Source of the DNA: an uncultured virus (IMG/VR IMGVR_UViG_3300030101_003361)
Taxonomy: Duplodnaviria; Heunggongvirae; Uroviricota; Caudoviricetes
DNA: 64,000 nucleotides
Direction: 5' to 3' (one strand)
Virus record (IMG/VR): IMGVR_UViG_3300030101_003361
Span: 1-64,000 of that record
Shown here: positions 1-9,697 of the stretch, piece after piece
Numbering within the stretch: the stretch's first letter is position 1
Layout: every line of letters begins with the position of its first letter
Translations under genes and position numbers: made by a program
The notes under the pieces: generated by a model
Told to the model about the DNA's origin: nothing
Database searches by the model: none
Seen by the model: only the letters and a program-made list of their open reading frames with translations

Positions 1-414
1 AATATAATTATATAATTAAATACTATATTTTATTAATACTAAATTATTAATAATGCAGTAATAAGTTGAAATCATCGATAATGTGACAATATATATTAAA
101 ATAATTAAAATAAATTATAAAATTAGTTATAAAATTAGCAATAATATATAAATAATGCAATCTATTGATTATCAATGCATTGAAATTGCAATATTATTGG
201 AAATATATGACATTTATTATAAAATATGCAATAAAACTTATAATTTATTGCAATATATGGGGCTATTTATTATTTTATTTTCCTAAGTACTTGTATATCA
301 AATACATATGTGTAATATAAATACCCTATTTTTATAATATAACCGTTAATACCAGTAGGCCCCGGGGTAAAATATAAAGAGGGGCAACCTTTTAACCAAT
401 TAAAACCTATTATT

Positions 415-708
415 ATGACACTATATTATAAGTATCAGACCTGGAATACCGGCATGCAGATGCAGCCACAAATACCAGAAGAAACAATTCAGCTTTGGAA
501 GAACATCGTAAAGAAAAGCAACTGGCGTATCGTTGAATTGCCAAACGGCTTTTATCAAACCGAGTGCCAGAGCTCAGATAAATGGGAGGATGTGACCCGT
601 AGAGAAACAGTTGAGGGTGCAGAAAGAGCAATCGATTCTTCCATTGAACATTATAAAAAGAAACTAAAGGCTTTAGAAGGACCTAAAGTCGTTAAAACAT
701 TTAAATAA
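415..708 (+). CDS. hypothetical protein
   Basis: 97-aa ORF, first gene of the + block, TAATG-coupled to the next ORF. Confidence 0.7.
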   Translation: MTLYYKYQTWNTGMQMQPQIPEETIQLWKNIVKKSNWRIVELPNGFYQTECQSSDKWEDVTRRETVEGAERAIDSSIEHYKKKLKALEGPKVVKTFK

Positions 709-875
709 TGCCATTAGCAAAAAGAAGAACAAAGAAAAAAAAGAAAACAGGATCAAAAAAAGATGCATGTTATTATAGCGTGAAGGCGAGGTATGATGTA
801 TTTCCATCTGCCTACGCCTCTGGCGCAATTGCAAAGTGCCGTAAACGAGGTGGCCCTAGAAAAAAGAAAAGGTAA
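708..875 (+). CDS. small basic protein, 55 aa (MPLAKRRTKKKKK...KDACYYSVKARYDVFPSAYASGAIAKCRK)
   Basis: Read manually, below the ORF-track cutoff. TAATG overlaps at both ends; 21/55 residues K/R. Confidence 0.75.
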   Translation: MPLAKRRTKKKKKTGSKKDACYYSVKARYDVFPSAYASGAIAKCRKRGGPRKKKR

Positions 876-1174
876 TGCCTCGTAAGAAGAAGGACCCCAA
901 AGTGGGTACGGGTAAAAAGCCTAAAGGATCTGGCCGGCGTCTTTATACTGATGAAAATCCAAAGGACACAGTTGGTATAAAATTTAAAACGCCCGCAGAT
1001 GCAAGAGCTACTGTTGCTAAAGTAAAGCGCATTAGCAAACCCTACGCTCGTAAGATCCAAATATTAACAGTTGGAGAGCAAAGAGCAAGGGTTATGGGTA
1101 AAGCCCAAGTCGCTTCTATATTTAAAAAAGGTAAAGAAGCAATAAGAAGAGCTAACAAAAAGAAAAAGAAATAA
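875..1174 (+). CDS. small basic hypothetical protein
   Basis: 99 aa, very K/R-rich, TAATG-coupled at both ends. Confidence 0.75.
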   Translation: MPRKKKDPKVGTGKKPKGSGRRLYTDENPKDTVGIKFKTPADARATVAKVKRISKPYARKIQILTVGEQRARVMGKAQVASIFKKGKEAIRRANKKKKK

Positions 1175-1278
1175 TGCCTTATGTAAGTGCTGCGCAGCGT
1201 AAAGCCGTATGGGCGAGTCGAAACGAACAAGCTGCAAAAAAGAAACGTAAAAAGAAACGTAAAAAGAAAAAGAAATAA
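1174..1278 (+). CDS. 34-aa protamine-like peptide MPYVSAAQRKAVWASRNEQAAKKKRKKKRKKKKK
   Basis: Read manually. ATG overlaps the upstream TAA and the ORF ends 2 nt before the next ATG; 16/34 K/R. Confidence 0.65.
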   Translation: MPYVSAAQRKAVWASRNEQAAKKKRKKKRKKKKK

Positions 1279-1280
1279 TT

Positions 1281-2009
1281 ATGGGACACAAACACGGAAT
1301 TGGACCTCAAAGTTTAGGAGCATCGGGAATGAACCCCAAGTCTACACCATGTGGACATTCAAGAACTATGGGTAACTATGGTACACCATTAGATGCATCA
1401 GCAGCTCAAAATGCTGCTTTTGGCCCAGGTTCAAAATTAGCAGATGAAGATCCACAAAGAGCTGCAAAAATACTTGAAGGTATAAATGCAGAAGATTCAG
1501 GAACGAACTACGGTACGGAAAAAAAAACTCCGCTAGAATTTAACGTATTTGAAAACGCAGATCCTAGAGCTGCTGCAAATATGATGAGTGATATGGCTCC
1601 AACCGGTGGCGGTGCACCAGCTGCCCCAACCCCAGCCCCAGCTCCAGCTGCACCTAATACAGGTGGTCCTTTTGGAGGCATTACTGGCGGAGTTGCTGGG
1701 ATGCTTAGAGAAAGACTCGGCAGTACACGAGGTAGAAGCTCATTTGGTTCTAAATATGGAGATCGGAAAGGTAGAGGTGCCGCAGCAGAAGCAGCTATAG
1801 CAAATATAAAACAAAAAACAGGTTCATTACCTGGATTTGGAAGTGCTGGACCTACGGTTAATAGCCCAGGTGGAGGTTCAGGAGGTGCAATAGCAGCAGC
1901 CGAAGCAGCGCAAGCATCAGCGGATGCAGCAAATAGTCAAATGGATGCACTTAAAGAAAAACTATCAGGTATAAGAAGTCAATTAGACAGCTTATCTGGA
2001 ATGATTTAA
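1281..2009 (+). CDS. Gly/Ala/Pro-rich low-complexity protein, possibly an internal virion protein
   Basis: 242-aa ORF with PAPA linker and C-terminal coiled-coil-like segment. Confidence 0.7.
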   Translation: MGHKHGIGPQSLGASGMNPKSTPCGHSRTMGNYGTPLDASAAQNAAFGPGSKLADEDPQRAAKILEGINAEDSGTNYGTEKKTPLEFNVFENADPRAAANMMSDMAPTGGGAPAAPTPAPAPAAPNTGGPFGGITGGVAGMLRERLGSTRGRSSFGSKYGDRKGRGAAAEAAIANIKQKTGSLPGFGSAGPTVNSPGGGSGGAIAAAEAAQASADAANSQMDALKEKLSGIRSQLDSLSGMI

Positions 2010-2019
2010 AATAATAATT

Positions 2020-2187
2020 ATGGCAGGAAAAAAAGTAAAAGCCCCAGCTGGTTTCCACTGGATGAAAAAGGGCTCAGGTTACAATCTTATGAAGCACACA
2101 GGTAAATTTAAAGCTCATAAAGGTGCGTCTCTGTACGCAACATTCAATATACAGAAAGTACACAAAGGTGGCAGTAAGAAAAACTAA
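2020..2187 (+). CDS. small basic protein, 55 aa (MAGKKVKAPAGFHWMKKG...)
   Basis: Read manually; fills the gap between neighbours, A-rich leader. Confidence 0.7.
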   Translation: MAGKKVKAPAGFHWMKKGSGYNLMKHTGKFKAHKGASLYATFNIQKVHKGGSKKN

Positions 2188-2464
2188 AAAAGGTTTAGCC
2201 TTAAAACGTTGGTTTAAAGAAAAATGGACCGACGAAAAAGGCAATGTTTGCGGTTCTCGTAAAAATAAAAACACCAAAAAGTGTAGACCCTCAAGAAGAG
2301 TATCCAGTAAAACAGTAAAAACTTGGGGAGAAATGTCATCCTCTGAAAAAAGCAGAGCTGTTGCTGAAAAAAAGAGGGTTGGTATGGGTAGAAAAACATC
2401 ACAAATAAGAAGAAAAACCACAAAAGCAAAAAAGAATGTCACTTCCAAAAAACGGCGTCGCTAA
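2168..2464 (+). CDS. small basic protein (LKRWFKEKW, CG...CRP motifs)
   Basis: Track ORF 2123..2464; GTG at 2168 (MAVRKTKKG) is the more plausible start. Confidence 0.7.
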   Translation: MAVRKTKKGLALKRWFKEKWTDEKGNVCGSRKNKNTKKCRPSRRVSSKTVKTWGEMSSSEKSRAVAEKKRVGMGRKTSQIRRKTTKAKKNVTSKKRRR

Positions 2465-2846
2465 AGAAATCCGCTCATATGCGGGTAGTCTATTTATATT
2501 TTTGTTCGTAGTAGGTATTATAGTAACACTACTGCAGTTTCCAGTATTAGAATCTAATAAAGAAGTTGTAATGATGCTAATTGGTACCATTGCAGCATCA
2601 ATACCTATAATAATAAGTAGTATCACTGGTACAAAACCAGATGATGTAACTTCACTTAAAAGCACTATTGAGAAAAAAGAAAATCAAATTGATATTCTTG
2701 TAAGTGAAAAAGATAGATTAGAAAAAATGGTTATAGACTTGCAAAAGCAAATGCTTGAAAACCAAGATAATATAATGGATAGGATAATCCTTAAGGCAGC
2801 AATGGATTTTGACGATAGGAATTCTAACTGCACATGTAAGAAATAA
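2436..2846 (+). CDS. membrane protein, 2 TM plus coiled coil
   Basis: Two hydrophobic stretches followed by a heptad-like charged region. Confidence 0.7.
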   Translation: MSLPKNGVAKEIRSYAGSLFIFLFVVGIIVTLLQFPVLESNKEVVMMLIGTIAASIPIIISSITGTKPDDVTSLKSTIEKKENQIDILVSEKDRLEKMVIDLQKQMLENQDNIMDRIILKAAMDFDDRNSNCTCKK

Positions 2847-2852
2847 TACGGT

Positions 2853-3089
2853 ATGAAACGAAAATTATCCCGTAAGGCTAAAACAGCTAAAAAGAAAAGA
2901 GATCTAAAATACGCAAATTCTAGATCAAGAGAGATTAAAAGAGCTGATAGTCAAAAGAAAAGAAGAGCCGCTAAGAAAAGAGGCAAGAATATTAAAGGTA
3001 AAGACTACGATCATAAAGATCAAAAATTTAAATCAATTAAGAAAAACCGCGGTAACGACGGTAAAGGAACTAAAAAAGAAAAAAAATGA
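2853..3089 (+). CDS. small basic protein (GKDYDH...NRG, degenerate HNH-like)
   Basis: 78 aa, extremely K/R-rich; the DxDH..N pattern is only suggestive of HNH. Confidence 0.6.
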   Translation: MKRKLSRKAKTAKKKRDLKYANSRSREIKRADSQKKRRAAKKRGKNIKGKDYDHKDQKFKSIKKNRGNDGKGTKKEKK

Positions 3090-3715
3090 GTAAACATACT
3101 AAAAGACCCCAGGTTAAAACTATTGGGGAAAAGAATTTTGACGATGAAAAAAGACTTCCCGGCTTTGCTGAAGACATAACTAAAACTAATATTCAAAAAG
3201 ATGCGCAACAAAGAGATTTCAAAAGCGTTCAACGTAAAGCTTTAAAAGAATCTACATCAAATAACTATGGAACTATGAAAGCACCAAATAATATGGGAGC
3301 TCCAAATTTTTATGTAATGAATCCTGGGAGCCCTAATAAAAAAATGGATACACCGGGAGGTTTTTCATATAAAGCATCAAGTACAATGAATAAGCTTGGA
3401 TTTGTAGATTCAGGAATGAATGAGGGTCATGAAGCTGTAGCTAATTATGGTCATTCTCCTATGCCTTTTGATGATACGAAAAAAAAGAAGGAGACCAAGC
3501 CTACTGAATTAGATAACGTAACTGTTAAAGCTCCTAAAAATATAACTATTACAGAGGCTTTTTATACTGATCCATCTGGAAGACCATCTAAAACAACTAA
3601 AGAAGGTCATAAAATTATAACTAAAACTGATCCAAACAAATACACACTTATAGATGGCAAACGTAAAAAGGGAAAAATAATATCTCAATCTTTTCCAATT
3701 TACGATAGATCATAA
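3086..3715 (+). CDS. hypothetical protein
   Basis: 209-aa ORF, ATGA overlap with the upstream gene. Confidence 0.7.
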   Translation: MSKHTKRPQVKTIGEKNFDDEKRLPGFAEDITKTNIQKDAQQRDFKSVQRKALKESTSNNYGTMKAPNNMGAPNFYVMNPGSPNKKMDTPGGFSYKASSTMNKLGFVDSGMNEGHEAVANYGHSPMPFDDTKKKKETKPTELDNVTVKAPKNITITEAFYTDPSGRPSKTTKEGHKIITKTDPNKYTLIDGKRKKGKIISQSFPIYDRS

Positions 3716-3731
3716 AATATTTAAAAAATAA

Positions 3732-4043
3732 ATGCCCTTAGCTAAACGCAAAACAAGAAGAAAGCCACCGGCTCCTTCAAAGAAAAAATCGCTAGGTTAC
3801 TATGCTAAAGTTAAAAAAGGTGGAGGTACTGGAAAAAAAGCAGGCGGTGGTATGACCGCTAAAGGGGTTGCTAAATATAGAAAAGATAACCCCGGCAGTA
3901 AATTAAAGACTGCAGTTACCACACCTCCTTCTAAATTGAAAAAAGGTAGTAAAGCAGCAAAAAGAAGAAAATCTTTTTGTGCACGTTCTAAAAGTTGGAC
4001 CTCAGAAAGAGGTAGAGCTGCTAGACGTAAGTGGAACTGCTAA
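3732..4043 (+). CDS. basic protein, DUF6321-like
   Basis: GGMTAKGVAKYR.NPGSKLK...RRKSFCARS...RRKWNC resembles a recurrent phage family; the family name is from recall. Confidence 0.65.
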   Translation: MPLAKRKTRRKPPAPSKKKSLGYYAKVKKGGGTGKKAGGGMTAKGVAKYRKDNPGSKLKTAVTTPPSKLKKGSKAAKRRKSFCARSKSWTSERGRAARRKWNC

Positions 4044-4071
4044 AATAAAAAATTAAATCAAATTAAATTAA

Positions 4072-5652
4072 ATGTCACAATTCGGTAAAACAAAGCTAGT
4101 TAAAAAGATGCATTTTGATAAAAGTGCACAAGAAAAGCTTTTAACAGGTATAGATAAAATAGCAGAAGCTGTTGGATCAACACTTGGTGCAAGCGGTAGA
4201 AATGTAATTATAGAAAATGATTATGGAGATCCGCATGTAACTAAAGATGGTGTAACAGTAGCAAACAATATATTATTACAAGATCCGGTTGAAAATATTG
4301 CTGTGTCTATGATGAAACAAGCAGCACAAAAAACCGCATCGATTGCTGGAGATGGTACTACAACTTCAATAGTACTAACAAAAGCAATAATAGATTCATT
4401 TTATAAATTAAAAGGTCAAGACTTTTCATTTAGAGATATTAAGTCTGGTATAAATAAATTTGCTAAAGATGTTATAAAATATATAACAGATAAAGCAATA
4501 CCTGTAGATCTTAACAAGTTGCTAGATGTATCTATTATATCTACAAATAATGATGTTGATTTAGGTACCACTATTGCTCATGCTTTTGAAGCAGCGGGTG
4601 ATAATGGTATTGTAACTATGGAAACATCTCCGAATAACAATACATATATTGAAAATGTAAACGGTACTAAAGTTGGTAGTACCTGTAAAGTTCCTCATTT
4701 TTATACTAATAAAGAAAAAGAACTTTGCGAACTTGAAAACCCTCTCATCTTTATGAGTGTTTCTGACATACCTAATGTTAGAAAAATTCAAGAAATCCTG
4801 GAGTATGCAATCAAGTCCAATAGAAGCATGCTCCTTATTGCGCCTTTGGAATCACAGCCACTTACGGCACTTGCAATGAATAAAGCAAAGGGCAATATTA
4901 AGGTCAATGTTATAGACCCTCCTAGTTTTGGGCTTAAACGAAAAGATATACTGGAGGACCTTGCATTGCTTGTCGGGGCTACTGTTTTTGATGAGAGCCT
5001 GGGGGATTCGATTGATGCGATTACCCCTGACATGTTAGGATCAGCTGACCGTGCTGTTTCCGATAAAGACGGTACTGTACTTGTTGTTTCTGAAAAAAGC
5101 AAAGAAGTACAAGATCGAATTGAGTATTTAAAAACTACTCTTGTTAAAGAAGATCATGCTGTTATGACTAAACATTTAACAGATAGAATTGCACTTTTAA
5201 GCGGAGGCGTTTCTGTTATAATGGTTGGAGCAGCAACTGAGGTCGAATTAAAAGAAAAGCAAGATAGAGTAGACGATGCAATACATGCGGTTAGAGCTGC
5301 AAAAAAAGAAGGTATATTACCAGGTGGAGGTTCAGCATTAGCAAATGCTGCCACAATGAATTGGGAGCATACACTAAACCAAGGTGAATTAAAAGGAGTA
5401 AATATACTTCAAGAAGCTCTTATTGCACCATTTACAAAAATACTTACAAATGCTGGGCTTAACCCTAAAGACTATAAATTAGACAAATGGGGTAAAGGCG
5501 TAGATGTAACATGTGGATGTCCTAAGAATATGATTAATAAAGGAATAATTGATCCACTTCTGGTTACAAAAACAGCACTTGAAAATGCAATATCTGTTGC
5601 CACAACAATATTATCTACAGATTGTGTAATATCAAATGTTAGAGAAGTATGA
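4072..5652 (+). CDS. groEL: chaperonin GroEL (Cpn60)
   Basis: TLG..GRNV, VTKDGVTVA, AGDGTTT, R.DDA..A.RAA.EG..PGGG and GIIDP..VTK.AL.NA motifs; no GGM tail. Confidence 0.97.
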   Translation: MSQFGKTKLVKKMHFDKSAQEKLLTGIDKIAEAVGSTLGASGRNVIIENDYGDPHVTKDGVTVANNILLQDPVENIAVSMMKQAAQKTASIAGDGTTTSIVLTKAIIDSFYKLKGQDFSFRDIKSGINKFAKDVIKYITDKAIPVDLNKLLDVSIISTNNDVDLGTTIAHAFEAAGDNGIVTMETSPNNNTYIENVNGTKVGSTCKVPHFYTNKEKELCELENPLIFMSVSDIPNVRKIQEILEYAIKSNRSMLLIAPLESQPLTALAMNKAKGNIKVNVIDPPSFGLKRKDILEDLALLVGATVFDESLGDSIDAITPDMLGSADRAVSDKDGTVLVVSEKSKEVQDRIEYLKTTLVKEDHAVMTKHLTDRIALLSGGVSVIMVGAATEVELKEKQDRVDDAIHAVRAAKKEGILPGGGSALANAATMNWEHTLNQGELKGVNILQEALIAPFTKILTNAGLNPKDYKLDKWGKGVDVTCGCPKNMINKGIIDPLLVTKTALENAISVATTILSTDCVISNVREV

Positions 5653-5903
5653 GAGCAATAGGTAATTATATAATACTTGAAGAAGTATTAGAAAAAATTG
5701 TAAAAACTAAAGGTGGTTTAGAATTAGGAGAAAAACATAGAGAAGATATAAGATATAGAAAAGGTATAGTTATGTCTTCTGGCTCTGAAATTATTAAACA
5801 AAACGACCAAATATTATTTGATAAAGTTGCAGGTCACGACGTTGAGCATAATAAAAAAATATATAAAGTAATTATGCTAAGAGACGTAATAGCAGTTTTA
5901 TAA
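5649..5903 (+). CDS. groES: co-chaperonin GroES-like
   Basis: 84 aa, TKGGL mobile-loop-like segment, G.V, D.ILF and DVIAVL end; overlaps the groEL stop. Confidence 0.85.
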   Translation: MRAIGNYIILEEVLEKIVKTKGGLELGEKHREDIRYRKGIVMSSGSEIIKQNDQILFDKVAGHDVEHNKKIYKVIMLRDVIAVL

Positions 5904-6349
5904 TGGATAGATCAGATTTTATTCAAAGAGGTGAGCTTAAAGTAGATTTTTTAAAAAACTATAGGCTTATATCTAGATGGGCATGTAAAAACAATGAACT
6001 AAGTATTTCTGATTTAGAATTATTATTTTATTTAGATCCTATTACTTATTTTACTATAAATGATTTTAAAGAAGGCACAATATATTATTCTTGGGATAAA
6101 GAAAGGTTTTACAGACTTCAAAGAAACGGTTGGATTGATAAAATTCATATTGGGAAAGGAAGATTTGGAGATCACAATAAATATAGAGTAAGTTATAAAG
6201 GTAAATATCTTATAAATAGAATATACAAAATGCTTATAGGTGAAGAATCTATACCAGAGTCTGCTAAAAGAAATAAAATATTAAAAAGAAAAACTTATAT
6301 AGACAAAGTATATAGTCAAGCTATAAAAAAATTTAACAAAAAAAAATAA
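5903..6349 (+). CDS. possible winged-helix DNA-binding protein
   Basis: LS.SDLELLFYL, L...GWI and Y.VS.KG pattern, MarR-like. Confidence 0.5.
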   Translation: MDRSDFIQRGELKVDFLKNYRLISRWACKNNELSISDLELLFYLDPITYFTINDFKEGTIYYSWDKERFYRLQRNGWIDKIHIGKGRFGDHNKYRVSYKGKYLINRIYKMLIGEESIPESAKRNKILKRKTYIDKVYSQAIKKFNKKK

Positions 6350-6355
6350 AAGAAA

Positions 6356-6712
6356 ATGGCAATTTTAACGATTACACCAACAGTAAATGCTACAACAGGA
6401 GAAGTAACTTATACTTCATCTAATCCAGGTAATGGCGACATTATAACAGGTGTTGTACTTAGAGATTTTATGTCTAATGGTCCTGAAAAAAAAGCTGATG
6501 GTACATATGAAACGGATGTTGCTAAATTAGTTTTTGACACTAAAATAAGGCCCAATAGCTTTACAGCTGTAATGACAATAACTAAATCAGGAACTGATTA
6601 TCCTATAATTATGTTAAAAGCTCCGGAAGGATTACAAAATGAATATAAATGGGCTACAGGCGATGTTATTACAGTTAATCCTGTAATTGCTGCACTTATA
6701 ACTAACGGATAA
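6356..6712 (+). CDS. hypothetical, probably structural
   Basis: 118 aa, Thr/Val-rich beta-type composition, precedes the tail cluster. Confidence 0.6.
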   Translation: MAILTITPTVNATTGEVTYTSSNPGNGDIITGVVLRDFMSNGPEKKADGTYETDVAKLVFDTKIRPNSFTAVMTITKSGTDYPIIMLKAPEGLQNEYKWATGDVITVNPVIAALITNG

Positions 6713-6722
6713 AAATAAAAAA

Positions 6723-6866
6723 ATGAAAAAACTAAAAGTACATCTTCACGACAATTTACCTGGTATGATGGTTAATTTATCTTCAGGTGATGAAAAAAAA
6801 TTAATGAAGCCTATTACAAAAAGAGCTAAAGAAGCAGCAAACGGAACTTTATTAAAAAATAAATAA
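6723..6866 (+). CDS. hypothetical 47-aa protein
   Basis: Read manually (MKKLKVHLHDNLPG...); TAATG-coupled to 6866. Confidence 0.5.
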   Translation: MKKLKVHLHDNLPGMMVNLSSGDEKKLMKPITKRAKEAANGTLLKNK

Positions 6867-8989
6867 TGGCAAGAATCAGTACATATACAATCGATTCCTT
6901 AATTGAGGGATCTGATAAGCTTTTGGGTACTGATGCAAATTCTAGTTCCGCATTAGCAACCAAAAATTATACTATAGATAGTCTAAAGGCATATATAACT
7001 GGCGACCAAACAACGGCTGTCATACCTGATGTAGTGCCTTTAGGTTTCTTTCTTTCTGTAAACAGAGAAGGTACAGCATTTGAAAAAGCACAAGTTAGAA
7101 CTTTAGCAGGTTCTGTGTTAACAAATGTTGTTTTAAAAAGCAGCACTGTAAATACAGGTGCTGATATATATTTAAATACACTTGGCACAGGCCAAGTTTT
7201 TTTAATTATACGTGATTACAACGATGGCCAGTTTGGTGTAGATTTTGATTTTCAAGCATTTGCAGATAATTCAGCTACATTTACAGGAGTATTAGGTGGT
7301 GTTACATATACAGGTACAGTAACATCTTTTAATCCAGGAACACTTACAAGTGATAGCCCTGCTGCAAATGATAGTAAATATGTAACATCTGGTGGTAATA
7401 AATTTACTGAATTTTGTTTTAATGTAACTTTAGATTCTGGACAAACATATACAGGAGGTCAAGTTGCTTTTACATCATTTACATTTTTAACAGGAGCACA
7501 ACAAGTTGAAACACAAATTGTAGGAGGGTTAAAAATTACAAGGGGATTAAATATTGAAGGTGATGTTGTAATAGGTACAGATACACCAGATACTGATCCT
7601 CAGTCACTTACGGTACACGGGCCTATAAAAATTAAAGATACTGAAGGAAGTATTGAATTTGGTGATACAGCACCAAATGTTACTTTAACTACAGATGGTA
7701 CTAATTTAAATATAGGTGGTAACGGTACAAATGTAATATCAAATAGTACTAGATTTACGCAAGACATTGTAAAAGACACAGATACAACTGCTAATAATGG
7801 TAGAACTATAATGGGTCAAAACTCATTCACTGCTATTAATACAGATGGTACACGTTCTGTATTATCATCAACAGGTATTTCATTACAAAATTCTTCAGGT
7901 GTTCCAACAGGTGCACAAATTGTGCCTGTAGCAGGTAATCCTTCTAGTCTATCAGGACTTACTGATCAAGGCACATTATCACAATTACAAGTCGGCACAG
8001 ATTATTATGATCTACCAGAATTAACATCAGGAGTTGCAGTAGCACTTCCTGGCCTTTCAGAAGCTTTAGCAGGTCCATCTGGTAATATTACTATGGGAAG
8101 ATTATTTTATGGTATAAGACAAAGTAACGGTGCTTTATTTCAAGCGGCTACATCACCTGCTAGTTTTTCAGGAATAACAATATCTTCTGGTGCAACAAGT
8201 GTTGTATTATCTTCATCAAATCATACAGCTATAAAAACTCTACTTGATGCAACACCTGCAAATCAAGCTTTATATTTTGTAGAAAGTACATATACCACTG
8301 CATTTCCATCTGTTGGCGCATTAATTAATGATACTTCAGTTAATATTTATCAAATAGTATCTGAGGTACAAAGTAATTTATCTATAACATTTGGTAAGCA
8401 AGGTAATGGTATAATTACAATTAATACAAGTCAGTTTAATGTAAATTCAGAAGTATTTAAATTAAATGATATACCTAATGCTGCTAAGACAAATTTCTTG
8501 CAATATGATACATCTACTAAAGCTGTATCTCATTCTGCAATAAATATTACAGCTGCGGCAAATGGTGTTACATATGATTTTGGTGGCAATAATGATGTAC
8601 CTGTAGCTTCTATAAATTTTGATAATTTACAAATTACAGCTCCCGCAAATGGTCAGGTTGTTTTAAAACAAGGTTATGCTTATGGAGGTGCGTTAACTGC
8701 AAATACAACTGTAGAAAACTTTAAGCATTACATATTAGATGCAATATCTGCAGATAAAACAGTAAGCCTACCGGCAGGTACAGCGGGAAGCAGCATAAGA
8801 TTTACAAACATGTCATCACTTAATTCAGCAGGTGGTTATGTGGCTTCATCTTATTGCTGGACAATAAACCCAAATGGGTCAGAAAAAATAATGAGATCTA
8901 CATCACTTGTACTAGATGAATCAACAGCTTCATTTGAACTGTTTTATTCAGATGCTACAAATGGTTGGATAGTAAATGGATTAAGCTAA
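6866..8989 (+). CDS. tail fibre / virion structural protein
   Basis: 707 aa, T/S/G-rich; C-terminal fibre-type domain (TVSLPAGTAG...ELFYSDATNGW); N-terminus paralogous to 10506. Confidence 0.75.
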   Translation: MARISTYTIDSLIEGSDKLLGTDANSSSALATKNYTIDSLKAYITGDQTTAVIPDVVPLGFFLSVNREGTAFEKAQVRTLAGSVLTNVVLKSSTVNTGADIYLNTLGTGQVFLIIRDYNDGQFGVDFDFQAFADNSATFTGVLGGVTYTGTVTSFNPGTLTSDSPAANDSKYVTSGGNKFTEFCFNVTLDSGQTYTGGQVAFTSFTFLTGAQQVETQIVGGLKITRGLNIEGDVVIGTDTPDTDPQSLTVHGPIKIKDTEGSIEFGDTAPNVTLTTDGTNLNIGGNGTNVISNSTRFTQDIVKDTDTTANNGRTIMGQNSFTAINTDGTRSVLSSTGISLQNSSGVPTGAQIVPVAGNPSSLSGLTDQGTLSQLQVGTDYYDLPELTSGVAVALPGLSEALAGPSGNITMGRLFYGIRQSNGALFQAATSPASFSGITISSGATSVVLSSSNHTAIKTLLDATPANQALYFVESTYTTAFPSVGALINDTSVNIYQIVSEVQSNLSITFGKQGNGIITINTSQFNVNSEVFKLNDIPNAAKTNFLQYDTSTKAVSHSAINITAAANGVTYDFGGNNDVPVASINFDNLQITAPANGQVVLKQGYAYGGALTANTTVENFKHYILDAISADKTVSLPAGTAGSSIRFTNMSSLNSAGGYVASSYCWTINPNGSEKIMRSTSLVLDESTASFELFYSDATNGWIVNGLS

Positions 8990-9306
8990 TGGGACTAACA
9001 ATAGATATGCCGGTTGCCGGACTTTTAAGTCCCGCTGGCGCACAAGGTTTTATAATAACCGGAAACACTACTGCTGTAGAAAATGGAATTTATATAATAC
9101 AAGGGTCAAGTACTTTAACACTTACACTTCCTACAACACCAAGTCAAGGAAGTACAATACTTGTTAAAAATACAGGAACTGGTACTGTAACTGTAAGTTC
9201 TGCCGCAAATATAGAAGGTGCTAGTGGTAATGTAACTATGAATACACAACATCAATTTATAAGATTTGTATACATATCTGCATCTTATGGATATTTAAAA
9301 GCATAG
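8989..9306 (+). CDS. small tail-fibre-type domain protein
   Basis: TLTLPTTPSQG.TILVKN motif; start moved to the TAATG overlap at 8989. Confidence 0.65.
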   Translation: MGLTIDMPVAGLLSPAGAQGFIITGNTTAVENGIYIIQGSSTLTLTLPTTPSQGSTILVKNTGTGTVTVSSAANIEGASGNVTMNTQHQFIRFVYISASYGYLKA

Positions 9307-9310
9307 ATAA

Positions 9311-9697
9311 ATGGCAAATTTAACAGAAATAATAGGTGGTCAACCCTTTGAATCAGGTGCGACTGGAAATAAAAAAAATAACCTACTAGATTTTTGGAAA
9401 GGAACACAAGCACAATACGATGCACTTAAACAAACAAGTGCAACAACAAGTGGAAACCCATCGAGTGCTGCAACTGTAGATTTTACAGTAACTTCTTCTT
9501 CTATATTTAGTGTTGGCCAAACAGTATATGTAACAGGTAGTGGCTCTGGTAATACAACAAGAACAACAGGCACTGTAAACAGTGTACCTGATGCAACAAG
9601 TGTTATTGTAGCATTTACTCCTGCTTATACATCAGGAGCTGCTACAGGGTATCAATTAGATCTTTATGATCCTAATACATTTTATATAATTATATAA
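9311..9697 (+). CDS. virion structural protein
   Basis: W.GTQAQYDAL...DPNTFYII motif typical of phage fibre-associated proteins. Confidence 0.65.
   Translation: MANLTEIIGGQPFESGATGNKKNNLLDFWKGTQAQYDALKQTSATTSGNPSSAATVDFTVTSSSIFSVGQTVYVTGSGSGNTTRTTGTVNSVPDATSVIVAFTPAYTSGAATGYQLDLYDPNTFYIII

Noticed and set aside
1187..1375. Track ORF of 62 aa
   Set aside because: Overlaps two better-supported coupled ORFs (1174-1278 and 1281-2009).
4561..5354. Antisense ORFs over groEL, and similar ones over the capsid, scaffold, nrdA and thyA genes
   Set aside because: Typical antisense shadows of well-supported genes with no independent signals.
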